A DNA stretch of 64,000 nucleotides from Candidatus Thorarchaeota archaeon (GCA_046482545.1 JAWOEX010000039.1:128001-192000), one strand, 5' to 3'. Counted from the stretch's first letter, positions 1-10,634 are shown. Notes: generated from the sequence alone by a model not told the origin. Numbers and translations: made by a program.

Positions 1-1
1 C

Positions 2-892
2 CCACACCTCCACGAATTTGTGAAGGAGAATAAGGATTTCTTAAAGGCAGATGGTGGTATTTGGGAATTTGGCAGTTCCGATATAGAGGGAAGGCAAGAA
101 GTTTGGTTAGGCCTCAAAGGGCTCCTCTATGTTCAACTTGAGATTGAACGATTAGCTATGGATGCCCACTCTTCCTATGCATGCATACTTCCATCGGCAG
201 CTTATCGCCTAATTTGGGCTTTGAACTCGCTGAGAAACGAAGACAATCAAATTCTGATTGATGGTTTCTATGATGATGTCAAACCACTTTCCGAAGCTGA
301 ACGAAAGGCAATCATGAACAATGATATGCATGAGAATGAAGTGCGCGAGTTCTATGATATCCCTGAGTTTCTTAATGGCATGACAGGAATGGAGTTGAAA
401 GAGGCCTTCTATAATGCACCAACCTGTAACATCGCTGGAATAGACAGTGGTTGGCAGGGTAGTGGGGCAAAGACTGTACTGCCAGCGAAAGCATCTGTCA
501 AAATCGATTTCCGCCTTGTGGAATCCATGCGCCCCGAGGATATAGTCAGAAAGCTCCGAAAGCATCTGGATAGAAAGGGTTTCTCAGACATCAAAATCGC
601 GTGGCATCATGGCTATCCAGCCGCCAAGACCCGAATTGACCATCCGTTTGTCGATATTGCAAGAAAATCTACTAGACAGATTTTTGGTCATGAACCCGTG
701 GTACATCCGACGAGTCCAGGGTCCGGCCCGCTATATCTCTTCAAGGGATTGGTGCCAATGGTCTCGGTGGGTTGTGGTGATTTCGAGTCCAGAGTGCATT
801 CACCCAATGAGTCTATCATTGTTGAGAATTTCCTGAAAGCAACACAACGAATAGCCGCAGTAATTCAAAAGATGGGGGAGCAAACCGTCTAG
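2..892 (+). CDS. M20/M25/M40 family metallopeptidase (ArgE/DapE-like), 5'-truncated by window edge
   Basis: Frame is open from position 2. Motifs WE, GLKG, DAHSS, GAKTVLP, IDFRLV and C-terminal HSPNE are typical of M20 dipeptidases. Confidence 0.9.
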   Translation, partial: PHLHEFVKENKDFLKADGGIWEFGSSDIEGRQEVWLGLKGLLYVQLEIERLAMDAHSSYACILPSAAYRLIWALNSLRNEDNQILIDGFYDDVKPLSEAERKAIMNNDMHENEVREFYDIPEFLNGMTGMELKEAFYNAPTCNIAGIDSGWQGSGAKTVLPAKASVKIDFRLVESMRPEDIVRKLRKHLDRKGFSDIKIAWHHGYPAAKTRIDHPFVDIARKSTRQIFGHEPVVHPTSPGSGPLYLFKGLVPMVSVGCGDFESRVHSPNESIIVENFLKATQRIAAVIQKMGEQTV

Positions 893-939
893 TTCTCAGG
901 GCCACTTCCGAGTTTAGCCCACGCGTGGCCCACAATACT

Positions 940-1430
940 CACAGGTGGCCATGTTGCCAGATTCTGCTGATTCAGATTTTGAAAACTTGTTAGCGCCTGT
1001 TCAAGGTTAGTCTTTGCTTCAGAAAGCTGGCCTAGTCCACGAAGAGGATTCACCAGACCGAAAGCATTCCAAGGAATGTACCATTGGTCAACAGTACTCT
1101 CAGCAGGAATCTATCCCATTCTGTCGGAAATATGTAGTTCATTCTTTGAGCTGCAACTTGGCCTAATTCCCGGCTGGCAGCAGACTCATACCGCTTGGTA
1201 GGTGCTTCTTTCAATAGCTCTTCATAGCGTTGTTACGTACTGTTAAGGTCACATTGGTTCATTGTGCAATCAACCATGACACGCAGTGCTTCAGTGGCCC
1301 GTTCGGGTCTATCCCCTTTCAAGAAAGATTTCCGTCCCTGTTCCGCTAAATTGAGTGCCTCTGCAAATTGTGATCTTTGATGCATATCTGCAGCTTGTTG
1401 AGGAAGGTTCTCACAATTTGATGAAATGAC
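940..1430 (-). pseudogene. Degraded TPR-like helical repeat protein
   Basis: Manual translation gives ...QRSQFAEALNLAEQGRKSFLKGDRPERATEALRVM...NST*(TAA 1233-1235)QRYEELLKEA...ELGQVA, then a frameshift to ...LRGLGQLSEAKTNLEQALTSFQNLNQ, which fits a TPR consensus pattern. Confidence 0.6.
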
Positions 1431-1596
1431 CTAGTTTCAAAGAAATTTGGCATATAAGGAGCTCTCATTACTTGTGAAAAGGCGCCGAAAGCCCTAGAGT
1501 ACTCACCCTAAGAAACCGCAAGATTTCTATCTTATAACCAGATTGTCTACAGTAGGCTGTTCACTACAGCAACACTTCACCGTCGGAGGTTAGACT

Positions 1597-3129
1597 TTGA
1601 AGGATATTCCACGTGATTGGTCCTGGATCGGAGACTGGGCTGGAAGAAGAGCGACGCTTACTCCCAACAAAGAAGCGTTTTTCGATAACACAACAGACAA
1701 ATTGTATACCTACGCAGAAATGGAAACGAGAGCAAACCAGCTTGCGCGAGTACTCCAAGAATACGACATCAAGAAAGGGGATCGAGTGGCAACATACGCA
1801 AAGAATCGGTTTGAAATGATCGACCTTTTTCTAGCTACCGGAAAGATTGGAGCAATACTAGTTCCATTCAATGTGCGGCTAGCACCAAGAGAAGTTGAAT
1901 ACCTTCGTAGGAAGACCGAGCCATCACTGACGGTTTACGATTCAGACATAGGCCAGAGCTTTGAGGAAGTCAGACCGGACCACAATGTCTTAGCAATGGG
2001 AGAACCCGTGAACGATGATGACCAAGATATTAACGAACTCATGACTGAAGAATCCGCCGAACCTGTAGAAAGACCTACGCTGGTATTCGACGATCCACAC
2101 ATGATTGTATTTACTGGAGGGACCACGGGGCTTCCCAAAGGTGCGATACTCTCACATCGTCTCATCTTCTGGAACTCGGTTAATACCTGCATGAGTTGGG
2201 GGCTTCGACCAGATGATGTCCAACCTTTGTTGTTTCCGTTGTTTCACACAGGAGGGTGGAACGTGCTTTTGGTGCCCTGTTATCATCTTGGCGCAAAAAC
2301 CATACTCATGGGAGATTTTGACCCCAAGGAAACATTGCGAGTTATCGAAGATGAGAAGTGCACCATAGTGATAGGCGTTCCAACCATGTTTCAGATGATG
2401 GCTCAACATGAGAAATTCAAGAAGACCGATTTCAGCTCGGTCAGGGTCTTCATAAGCGGAGGAGCTCCATGCCCAGTAGCAATTATGGAGAATTATTGGG
2501 AGAAAGGCAAGCCGTTCAAGATGGGGTATGGTCTAACGGAAGTTGGTCCAAACAACTTCTACCTTCCAATAAGTGACATCAAGAAGAAACCTAATTCTGT
2601 GGGGTATCCTGTACTCCATTGTGATATGAAAATTGCAAATGAGGATGGCGAGGAGGTTCCACAAGGCGATGTGGGAGAGTTGCTTCTCAAAGGGCCACAC
2701 ATATTCTCAGGATACTGGGATGAGCCTAAGGAAACGAAAAAAACGATTGACCCGGATGGTTGGGTACACACCGGAGATCTTTGCCAAAAGGACGAAGACG
2801 GGGCTTACTACATCGTTGGCAGGAAGAAGGACATGTTCATCTCAGGAGGAGAAAATGTGTATCCCCCTGAAATAGAAGATGTCCTCTATAAGCATCCTGC
2901 GGTGATGGAGGCTGCAGTCATTGGTGTGCCCCATGATAAGTGGGGCGAGGTTGGCAAAGCATTCATTATGCTGAAACCAAACAAGTCCGCAACAGTAGAA
3001 GAAATCAAAGACTACTTGGATGGCAAGATTGCGAAATACAAGAGTCCAAAATATTACGAAATCAGGGAGGATTTGCCAATGAGTGCTGCGGGAAAAATTC
3101 TGAAACGGCAGCTGGAAGAAGAGGAGTAA
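1597..3129 (+). CDS. Long-chain acyl-CoA synthetase (AMP-forming, ANL superfamily)
   Basis: P-loop FTGGTTGLPKG, GYGLTE, HTGD, GRKKDMFISGGENVYP and A10 GKI. Confidence 0.93.
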   Translation: MKDIPRDWSWIGDWAGRRATLTPNKEAFFDNTTDKLYTYAEMETRANQLARVLQEYDIKKGDRVATYAKNRFEMIDLFLATGKIGAILVPFNVRLAPREVEYLRRKTEPSLTVYDSDIGQSFEEVRPDHNVLAMGEPVNDDDQDINELMTEESAEPVERPTLVFDDPHMIVFTGGTTGLPKGAILSHRLIFWNSVNTCMSWGLRPDDVQPLLFPLFHTGGWNVLLVPCYHLGAKTILMGDFDPKETLRVIEDEKCTIVIGVPTMFQMMAQHEKFKKTDFSSVRVFISGGAPCPVAIMENYWEKGKPFKMGYGLTEVGPNNFYLPISDIKKKPNSVGYPVLHCDMKIANEDGEEVPQGDVGELLLKGPHIFSGYWDEPKETKKTIDPDGWVHTGDLCQKDEDGAYYIVGRKKDMFISGGENVYPPEIEDVLYKHPAVMEAAVIGVPHDKWGEVGKAFIMLKPNKSATVEEIKDYLDGKIAKYKSPKYYEIREDLPMSAAGKILKRQLEEEE

Positions 3130-3135
3130 TCGTAA

Positions 3136-4164
3136 ATGAGTTACAAACCTATTGGCATTGAAGCTATTGGAACATATATCCCGCCAGAGCGACACACTGC
3201 TGAGTACATCTCCGAACGCTCTGGCACGCCTGTTGATATCATGAAAACCAAGATTGGGTTGAAGAGCAAGGCAGTTCCAGGGGACGGAGATCACACCGTG
3301 GCGATGGGAGTGAAAGCAGCTGAAGTCGCAATCAAAAGAGCAGATATAGACCCTGAGAAGGATATTGACCTAGTCATCTGGGCAGGAGAAGTGTACGCGG
3401 AGCATCCTATGCAGACATACGGCATCAAGTTTCAAGGAGATATTGGAGCAACCAATGCTTGGGCATTTGACATCAACCAGCGCTGTGGTACTATCATCGT
3501 TGCCATGATGGTAGCTAAATCTATGATGAGAACTCATGGCTATGAACGGGTTATGATTGGCAGTGGGTACAGAAACTGCGACCTAATAGACTACAGCAAC
3601 ATCACAACAAGGTTCATGCATGACCTTGCGGCTAGTGGGGCTGCAGTCATATTACGGAATGACTACCCCAAGAATGTGATGCAAGAAGGCAGTGTGATAT
3701 CTGATGGTAGATTCTCAGAATATGTCTATGTCCCTGCTGGGGGAACGAAAATGCCTATCACTTGTGAAGCGATAGAGAAGGGATTGCATTATCTGGATGT
3801 CACAAATCCCAAGAAATTGAAGGAAGAACTCGACGACGTCTCCATGGAGAACTTCCTAAAAGTAGTTGACCAATCTCTAGAGAGAAGTGGATATACACGT
3901 GAAGATATAGACTACCTGGGCCTCATTCGGATGAAGCGGAGTGCCTTCGAGTACGTTGCTGAGGAACTCGGAGTCGATCCCTACGAAGAATCCACTTACT
4001 TCGAAGAATACGGACACATGGGACAGAATGATGCCATTGTCTCAGTCGAAGAGGGTCGCAGAGACGGTAAGATACACGATGGGGATCTCGTTGTTCTGAC
4101 AGCGGCAGGGATTGGTTGGTCGTGGAACGCACTTACGATAGAGTGGGGGAACCATAGGAGGTAA
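3136..4164 (+). CDS. 3-oxoacyl-synthase III (FabH-like) family condensing enzyme
   Basis: Thiolase fold with AFDINQRCGT (catalytic Cys), YGHMGQND and AAGIGWSW. Starts 6 bp after the ligase. Confidence 0.85.
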   Translation: MSYKPIGIEAIGTYIPPERHTAEYISERSGTPVDIMKTKIGLKSKAVPGDGDHTVAMGVKAAEVAIKRADIDPEKDIDLVIWAGEVYAEHPMQTYGIKFQGDIGATNAWAFDINQRCGTIIVAMMVAKSMMRTHGYERVMIGSGYRNCDLIDYSNITTRFMHDLAASGAAVILRNDYPKNVMQEGSVISDGRFSEYVYVPAGGTKMPITCEAIEKGLHYLDVTNPKKLKEELDDVSMENFLKVVDQSLERSGYTREDIDYLGLIRMKRSAFEYVAEELGVDPYEESTYFEEYGHMGQNDAIVSVEEGRRDGKIHDGDLVVLTAAGIGWSWNALTIEWGNHRR

Positions 4165-4169
4165 ATGAA

Positions 4170-4598
4170 GTGAATGATATTACAATTCCAAGATACTCAG
4201 AAATAGAAATAGGTCAGACCGCCGAAGTTAAACACACCATAACTGAAGAGGACATTCAATCCTTTGGCGAGCTGAGTGGCGACAGGAATCCCTTGCATTT
4301 CAATCAGGAATGGGCTGAACAAACAATGTTTAAGGGACGAATTGCCCACGGGTTGCTTACGGCTGCTTTTGTGAGTACTGCAATTGGTATGAAACTACCC
4401 GGCCCAGGTACGATATATGTCAGTCAACATATGAATTTCAAAAGGCCTGTTCGAATCGGGGATAGCATTACAACAAAGGTTGAAGTAGCGGAGAAGATGG
4501 ACGAGAAGAAGCATATCAAACTCAATACAACTGTAGTGAATCAGGATGGGAAAACGGTCCTAGATGGATATGCGATTGTAACCTTGATGCGTAGATAG
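4170..4598 (+). CDS. MaoC/PhaJ-like (R)-specific enoyl-CoA hydratase (hotdog fold)
   Basis: Hydratase-2 motif SGDRNPLH...IAHG, plus PGPGT and F.RPV.IGD. Confidence 0.92.
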   Translation: MNDITIPRYSEIEIGQTAEVKHTITEEDIQSFGELSGDRNPLHFNQEWAEQTMFKGRIAHGLLTAAFVSTAIGMKLPGPGTIYVSQHMNFKRPVRIGDSITTKVEVAEKMDEKKHIKLNTTVVNQDGKTVLDGYAIVTLMRR

Positions 4599-4642
4599 AA
4601 CTGAGGAGAAGCCTGTGAATACATCCACTGGATTTCACCCCA

Positions 4643-6466
4643 TTAAGAGGTATCCAAATCTTTTGGCAGTCGTATTTCAAATGTCGTACCATCGGACCCG
4701 GATTCATGAAGCGTGAATGTGCCTTCATAAGCCTCCACTACCCTCTTGCAAAGGGATAGGCCCATACCTCTTGTACCAGAATACTTTTGTCGAAACAACT
4801 TTGAACGCATTGACTCAGGAATTCCAGGTCCGTCATCGGAAACCATGACAATCACATCATCCTTGTCTTCGGATATCTCGATACTAACATGAGCATTAGA
4901 ACCGGCATGTTGAACAACATTTCTCAGAAGATTATCGAATACAGGCCCTACTAACTCTCCCATCTTCCGGTTTAGCTTCCTTCTGTTGCCCACCATTTCA
5001 GTGGATATCACCAGACCGGGATTGGCCTCTTTGGAGTGTTCGATTGATGTCTCGATAATGTCAATTAGACCATCATTTTCACCGGTTCTTGATTCCGCAA
5101 AGATCTTCAGAAGCTTGGCCATCCGCTTACTGGCTGCCCTGACCTGTTTGTATTGCGTTTTCATGTCCTGAGGATCCTCTAGCATTTCTACGTATTCCAA
5201 GCGATTGATTAGTACTTGAATGTCATTTGCAAGGTCATGCTTGAGGAGAGAAGTGTATAGCTCTAGTTTCCTATTGGATTCTTTCAAATTCCGCTCGGCT
5301 CTCTTTTGATCAGTTATGTCTATTGCAATCTCAAATCGTACTTGTCTGCCGTCAGGCCATCGTATTGTTCTATCAGTAACCAAGAGATCAACATCCAATA
5401 TTGGATTGTGATATTCCCATTGATAGGGTTCACCTGGATGTTCTAGTATTATCTCATTAGTGCAGAAATCACAGGGTTTGTCAAAGCCCTGGAATTCTTC
5501 GTAGCATTTCCCTCCCACCAAATCTCGACCGAACTTTTCTTTCAGGTATTGATTTACGAAGAGTACTTCGTAGCTTTCTGGGTCAGACACGTAGATAATC
5601 TCATCAATGCTATTGAAAATCTCCAAGAGCTGGCTTCTTTCTTTCTGAAGGTTTTCTTGGGCATATTTTCGTTCAGTTATATTTAGGTGTATCCCAGTAG
5701 CACGGAGGGGCTGTCCATTCTCTTTTCGCTCGACCACTTTTCCTCTATCTTCTATCCATACCCAATTTCCATCTTTTGCCTTCACCCGATGCTCGGATGC
5801 ATAGTAGTCCGTCTCTCCCTCCAAGTGCTTGTTTAATGTGTCCATAACCTTTGGAAGGTCATCAGGTTGAACCCTTTTTTTCCATGCATCCAGATTTGAT
5901 TCAATTTCCGATAAATCATATCCAATCATATTTGCCCACTTATCATTGAAAACCACTTCACCAGTCTCAATATTCCAATCCCACGTCCCTAACCCAGCCC
6001 CTTCGACGACAAAGCGCAGTCGCTCTTGACTTGCTTCCAATGCTTTCTTGTATTGCATTCGTTTCGTTATGTCTCGGGCTACACTGATGATGACTTGTTG
6101 CCCATCGTAGTCAGCAACAGAACTCGCAATCTCAACAGGTATCTTCGTTCCATCCTTGGTTAGATGGACACTTTCAAATACCAAATGACCATTTTTACGA
6201 ATCTTCTCAATGCGCTTATCAACCAGCGATGCATATTCAGAAGCGTCAATTTCCTTGGGACCAATGTCGAGGAGCTCATCTCGTGTATACCCCAAACGCT
6301 GGAGAGCTGCTGTATTAGCCTCTATGAAATTGCCGCTCATATCATGAATTAGAACTGCATCGTCTAAAGAATTTAGAAGTGCATAATACCTATCAGAAGA
6401 ATGGCCTTCTCGTTTCTTCTCAGGAGAATCAACCTTTTGCTGAGGCATTTTCTTTTCATTCACCAT
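4643..6466 (-). CDS. Soluble multi-PAS sensor histidine kinase
   Basis: Three PAS/PAC domains, H-box LLKHDLAN, N-box NLLRN, G1 DDGPGI and G2 GMGL. No transmembrane segment. Confidence 0.9.
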   Translation of the reverse strand: MVNEKKMPQQKVDSPEKKREGHSSDRYYALLNSLDDAVLIHDMSGNFIEANTAALQRLGYTRDELLDIGPKEIDASEYASLVDKRIEKIRKNGHLVFESVHLTKDGTKIPVEIASSVADYDGQQVIISVARDITKRMQYKKALEASQERLRFVVEGAGLGTWDWNIETGEVVFNDKWANMIGYDLSEIESNLDAWKKRVQPDDLPKVMDTLNKHLEGETDYYASEHRVKAKDGNWVWIEDRGKVVERKENGQPLRATGIHLNITERKYAQENLQKERSQLLEIFNSIDEIIYVSDPESYEVLFVNQYLKEKFGRDLVGGKCYEEFQGFDKPCDFCTNEIILEHPGEPYQWEYHNPILDVDLLVTDRTIRWPDGRQVRFEIAIDITDQKRAERNLKESNRKLELYTSLLKHDLANDIQVLINRLEYVEMLEDPQDMKTQYKQVRAASKRMAKLLKIFAESRTGENDGLIDIIETSIEHSKEANPGLVISTEMVGNRRKLNRKMGELVGPVFDNLLRNVVQHAGSNAHVSIEISEDKDDVIVMVSDDGPGIPESMRSKLFRQKYSGTRGMGLSLCKRVVEAYEGTFTLHESGSDGTTFEIRLPKDLDTS

Positions 6467-6740
6467 TATTCGTGAGGCTCCCGTAATGCTCTGAAACCGC
6501 TTTGGGTTGTGCCTTGAATCTTCATTGCGGCCCCAAGACCAAGTCTACTAAATTTTCCTGGTTTTCTATAAAAAGCATCCGAATCAGTGTACCCTCTCTT
6601 ATCATGTCTCCAAGTATTTCCACATTGTTTCTACATATTAGACTCGACTATTCTGTTTCTTTCAGAAAACCTTCCCCCTACGGCGCATATGTCTGAAATA
6701 CTATTCAAACAACCCGCTCCTTGCTTCAAGATGCTGTGTA

Positions 6741-7511
6741 TCATATAACAAATGATCGAACCTGTTCATTGAATTCCTCAGCATGATCCAATATAACAAG
6801 ATGGCCAGCATTGGGCACAATCACCAATTCCGAGTTCGGAAGCCATTCATGCAACATTTCAGAGGCCCACACAGGGGTTGTGATATCTTCCTCCCCAACA
6901 ATTAGGAGAGTGGGAACCTCTAAGTCACGTAAATGCTCACAAATATTGAACTTGGCTGATGCAGCCGTAGCAAGCATTGCGTCCTTTTTCGACATGTGAT
7001 CTGACATCTGTTTGGCTACCCACTCTGCTATTTCCTCATCGTATGGTGATAATCCTCTCTTGCTGATACCCATTGCAAAATCATGAACTGGGTTGCTCTT
7101 CACGCGGCCAAGTACGTCAGTCGTGGCTTCATCACTGACAAAGCAATACGAGCTGCTTATGACCATCCGGTCAACTGAATCTCGATTTTCAAGCGCGTAG
7201 ACCAATGCAACCATCCCACCCAATGAATGGCCGATGAAGATGAAATCATCATCCCATCCAAGATGGTCCAACAGAATCTCCATATCCGTGACATAGTTCC
7301 TAATGGTAAATCGCTCACCAGGCTTGATAGAGCGGCCGTGGCCATGTAGATCGAATCGCAGAACTTGGTAATCAGGTTCGAACACAGGTAGCTGGTATTT
7401 CCAACAATCCGCATTGAGGAAAAGGCCATGAATGAGAATTATCTTTTGGCCATTCTCGTTTCCGCTTACTTCATAGGCGATTTTCGTGTCTTCTTTTTCC
7501 AAGAGGTCCAT
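6741..7511 (-). CDS. Alpha/beta hydrolase (enol-lactone hydrolase-like)
   Basis: HG oxyanion motif, DLHGHG, nucleophile GHSLGG, GEED and AGH. Confidence 0.9.
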   Translation of the reverse strand: MDLLEKEDTKIAYEVSGNENGQKIILIHGLFLNADCWKYQLPVFEPDYQVLRFDLHGHGRSIKPGERFTIRNYVTDMEILLDHLGWDDDFIFIGHSLGGMVALVYALENRDSVDRMVISSSYCFVSDEATTDVLGRVKSNPVHDFAMGISKRGLSPYDEEIAEWVAKQMSDHMSKKDAMLATAASAKFNICEHLRDLEVPTLLIVGEEDITTPVWASEMLHEWLPNSELVIVPNAGHLVILDHAEEFNEQVRSFVI

Positions 7512-7618
7512 ACACTTCTACCCCTCATTTTTGAATAATTTGTGGGCCATAAATATCATCCGATGCTTTAAAGTAGGACCGTTTCTATAAGAGTAGTACT
7601 TACTTGGGGTGAGAAATT

Positions 7619-8794
7619 ATGACATCTCCAGAGGATAAAAGAGCAAAAGAGAAAGTGCTAATCCCAGAATCGCAAGAAGCACCAATTGTGATGGTTCCAA
7701 GATGGAAGCAACCAATATCGGGCATTGTTTCCCTCATCTTGGTCTTCGTGATTACCTTCTTGGTATGGTTTATCCCGGGCGTAGCGACACTTTCGTCGAT
7801 ACTAGCGGGATTCGGGATTATGGGAGTGATATTTGCCATCTGGTTTGAAAACTGGCCGATATCCAAGTTACGTGAGCCATGGAAGATTGGACTTGTAGCA
7901 ACAATAGTAAACATCGTCATAGCATTCGTGTTCTTCTTTGTTGCCAACTGGTTCTCTATGGTCTATAGTCCATGGATTGGGGTCACGGATCCTGCGGCGC
8001 ACATCGGAGTAGGTTGGGCGATATTCGGCTCACTATCGGCCTCGATGTTTTCATTCGCCGTTCTATGGCTGGCAGGTAGCATGTACTGGCCCTGGTTTGA
8101 TAAGAAACAGCCAGGTCGAGGAATCAGGTTATTCATCGTTGGATGGATAATCACAATCATCGTGTGGCTCTTGCTGTTCTTCCCGTACGGCAATCCCGAT
8201 GCAGTCCCAACAGACATCCAAAGTTGGGTTTTGCCAATGTACGGCATCAATATGGGCTGGACACAATGGACGATTTTCTTCTCCCTCCTTACGCTCATGG
8301 CTTTCGAGTATTGGCCGTGGGACAAGGCGGGAAAGCAGCCAAAAATTGGTGTCGCAGCTCTCATTGGTTGCAGCGTATTGGGTCTAGTGATGGTTTATCT
8401 CGCGGGCTACATCGTGGCATTTGTATTCGTGCCAGTTTTTGCCATGGTAGGATATCCGGTACCGGGCATCGAGCAGCTGACAGTTGGCATAGGTCTCATG
8501 AATGTGGGTTATGCTGATTGGCTTATCGTTGCTGTTGTGGTTGTATCACTATTCTTTGACAACTGGCCCAAAGGCTTTAGCCAAGGCAAGAATCTAGCAA
8601 TAAGATTCATTGCCATTCTGGTTATTGGTACGGTGTTGTTTGGGGCATTCTACCTGTATTCGCCGTTCTTAGGGGCAGCCTATGTTGGATCACCTTTCCA
8701 TGACAACCCCACGAGCTTCTTACTAATGCTCATATGGGTCCAACTTATATTCGCCTACCTATGGAAGAAATGGCCCGTAGCCGAAGCACTATAA
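7619..8794 (+). CDS. Polytopic membrane protein with repeated aromatic-x-x-WP motifs (putative transporter)
   Basis: About 10 hydrophobic segments. FENWP, MYWP, FEYWP, FDNWP and WKKWP recur roughly every two helices. Confidence 0.7.
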   Translation: MTSPEDKRAKEKVLIPESQEAPIVMVPRWKQPISGIVSLILVFVITFLVWFIPGVATLSSILAGFGIMGVIFAIWFENWPISKLREPWKIGLVATIVNIVIAFVFFFVANWFSMVYSPWIGVTDPAAHIGVGWAIFGSLSASMFSFAVLWLAGSMYWPWFDKKQPGRGIRLFIVGWIITIIVWLLLFFPYGNPDAVPTDIQSWVLPMYGINMGWTQWTIFFSLLTLMAFEYWPWDKAGKQPKIGVAALIGCSVLGLVMVYLAGYIVAFVFVPVFAMVGYPVPGIEQLTVGIGLMNVGYADWLIVAVVVVSLFFDNWPKGFSQGKNLAIRFIAILVIGTVLFGAFYLYSPFLGAAYVGSPFHDNPTSFLLMLIWVQLIFAYLWKKWPVAEAL

Positions 8795-8805
8795 TAGTTT
8801 AATAC

Positions 8806-8842
8806 GGGGAGAGATGCTGTCTCCCCAATCCCTTTTCTTTTT
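8806..8842 (+). terminator. Hairpin plus T-tract after the membrane protein gene
   Basis: GGGGAGA (8806-8812) pairs with TCTCCCC (8820-8826), followed by TTTTCTTTTT. Confidence 0.6.
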
Positions 8843-8896
8843 CTACCGTTATGTAAATAAGCCAAGAATGGCAACACTTACACTGAGGCTTGGAGC

Positions 8897-9808
8897 GTGA
8901 CAGAGGGAAAATCAGGCCAATTGCCTGTTATCCAGATGACAGTGGAGATTCCCAAGGATATCAAGGAGACTTGGGACCTCTTTCTAAACGATCTGGTCAT
9001 GCTGCAGTGGCTCGGAAATGAAATCACAGCCAACCTGAAGGAGGGCGGAAAGATACAGTTTCTTGGAGACAATGCGCCCCATTCTCCCGAAGTTGCTAGC
9101 CAGTGGACCATTAAGAAAATCAAGGAGCATCGAGCGATTTTGTTCGAATGGGATATTCTGGGTGTGGAAACACTGGTAGTGTTCAATTTCAGCCCCTTTC
9201 AGACTGGAACTCTCATCGAGCTGAATCACGGTCCGGTTCCGGCTGCTGCACTACCTCTGAATATGCCAGAACACTGGACCATCATGCTCGCCAATTTCAA
9301 ATCATTTGTAGTATTAGGTGAACCAGCCCATAGGTTCGACTACTCAGATTATCATCCACTCAGACCTACGCGGTATGATCCAAAGGAAGTTCGTCAGAGT
9401 GTACTAATCAGAGCACCACCAGAACTGCCATTCGATGTCTGGACCAACCCTGAAAAGCTGAAGCGATTCATCCAAGCAGAAAATCCGGTTGTCGATAGAC
9501 GATATGCTGGTCTATATACATGGTGGGCGGAAGGCAAGGGACCAGTCGTTTTCAGAAAGCTGGAAGAAAACGAAGAGATAGAGTTCAGCTGGGTATATGG
9601 TGATGAGCCGGAAACAATCGTAAACGTAAGATTCGAACAAGTTGAAGACGATACGTTGGTTACTCTTCACCACTATGGATTTCGTAAACCTGAAGACGTA
9701 ATTGGTTATCGAGTTGGATGGGCTTCTGTACTTTGTGAGTTAAAGCTTGTCTGTGAATTGGGGGACTCGGGCATTACGCGTATAAGGGGCTGGGGAGAAG
9801 GTCTGTAA
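8897..9808 (+). CDS. Tandem SRPBCC/AHSA1 (START-like) domain protein
   Basis: Two repeats of the I.AP...W...W...F.W...T.V...T.V.L.H...W...L pattern. Confidence 0.8.
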   Translation: MTEGKSGQLPVIQMTVEIPKDIKETWDLFLNDLVMLQWLGNEITANLKEGGKIQFLGDNAPHSPEVASQWTIKKIKEHRAILFEWDILGVETLVVFNFSPFQTGTLIELNHGPVPAAALPLNMPEHWTIMLANFKSFVVLGEPAHRFDYSDYHPLRPTRYDPKEVRQSVLIRAPPELPFDVWTNPEKLKRFIQAENPVVDRRYAGLYTWWAEGKGPVVFRKLEENEEIEFSWVYGDEPETIVNVRFEQVEDDTLVTLHHYGFRKPEDVIGYRVGWASVLCELKLVCELGDSGITRIRGWGEGL

Positions 9809-9874
9809 TAGCAGGCTATTTGGGCTCAGAAAGACACATTAGCCGAACGGGATACTGAAGTAGATGTTGCCCCG

Positions 9875-10588
9875 ATGATAGCCTTCAATCTCGCACCTCC
9901 AACAGCCCATGATATCTTTTTGGCCGTCGTCTCGCTCTCAGCAATTTACTCTGCGCTTTATATCGCAGTAGTACTGAATAGAGAAGGTAGACCTGCGTGG
10001 ATTGGCCGAAAAGTGATTCATATCTCAGCTGGAACAATTATTGCACTTGTGCTCGTGTCTTTTTCCAGCCTGTATGCGCCTACAGTCACGTTAGTGGTCT
10101 TCCTTGGAAGCTTGTTTCTGGCATCTCTTTTCAACTTTGAATCTGTAAAAACCATGATTAACGCCGCCTCTAGAGAGGATGGAAGTACACAGGGGGCAGT
10201 CGCATCTGCAGCTGGAGCAGTTGTCTCGTATGGCATCGTGTTCTTTCTGACTGCTGATTCTCAATGGATTTTCGTGGCCGCCGTATTAGCAGTATCTTGG
10301 GGCGACGGCGCAGGAGAAATGATAGGGCGTCCTTTTGGGAACACGCACTATACAGTCGCGAAGACAACACGTTCACTTGAAGGAAGTCTAGCCGTGTTCG
10401 TCTTGACTGGACTAGCAGTTTCTGTTTCAATCGGCCTGTTCGGAAGTCACAAAGTCAGTTGTATCCTTCTATGGATCATTGGTGCGTCTCTGGTCGTTGC
10501 TCTGTTGGAAGCTGTTTCGCCATACTGGACTGACAATGTCTTCATTCCATTAGCTGTTGCATCAATGCTCACTCTACTGTCCTCTTAG
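9875..10588 (+). CDS. CTP-dependent polyprenol/diacylglycerol kinase family (dolichol/phytol kinase-like)
   Basis: RKVIHISAG, SWGDGAGEMIGRPFG, SLEGS and DN motifs in a multi-TM protein. Confidence 0.8.
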   Translation: MIAFNLAPPTAHDIFLAVVSLSAIYSALYIAVVLNREGRPAWIGRKVIHISAGTIIALVLVSFSSLYAPTVTLVVFLGSLFLASLFNFESVKTMINAASREDGSTQGAVASAAGAVVSYGIVFFLTADSQWIFVAAVLAVSWGDGAGEMIGRPFGNTHYTVAKTTRSLEGSLAVFVLTGLAVSVSIGLFGSHKVSCILLWIIGASLVVALLEAVSPYWTDNVFIPLAVASMLTLLSS

Positions 10589-10634
10589 TTCGTCTTTCTT
10601 CTGTGAAGAATGGATGATTCAGTGTCAGGGAGGA

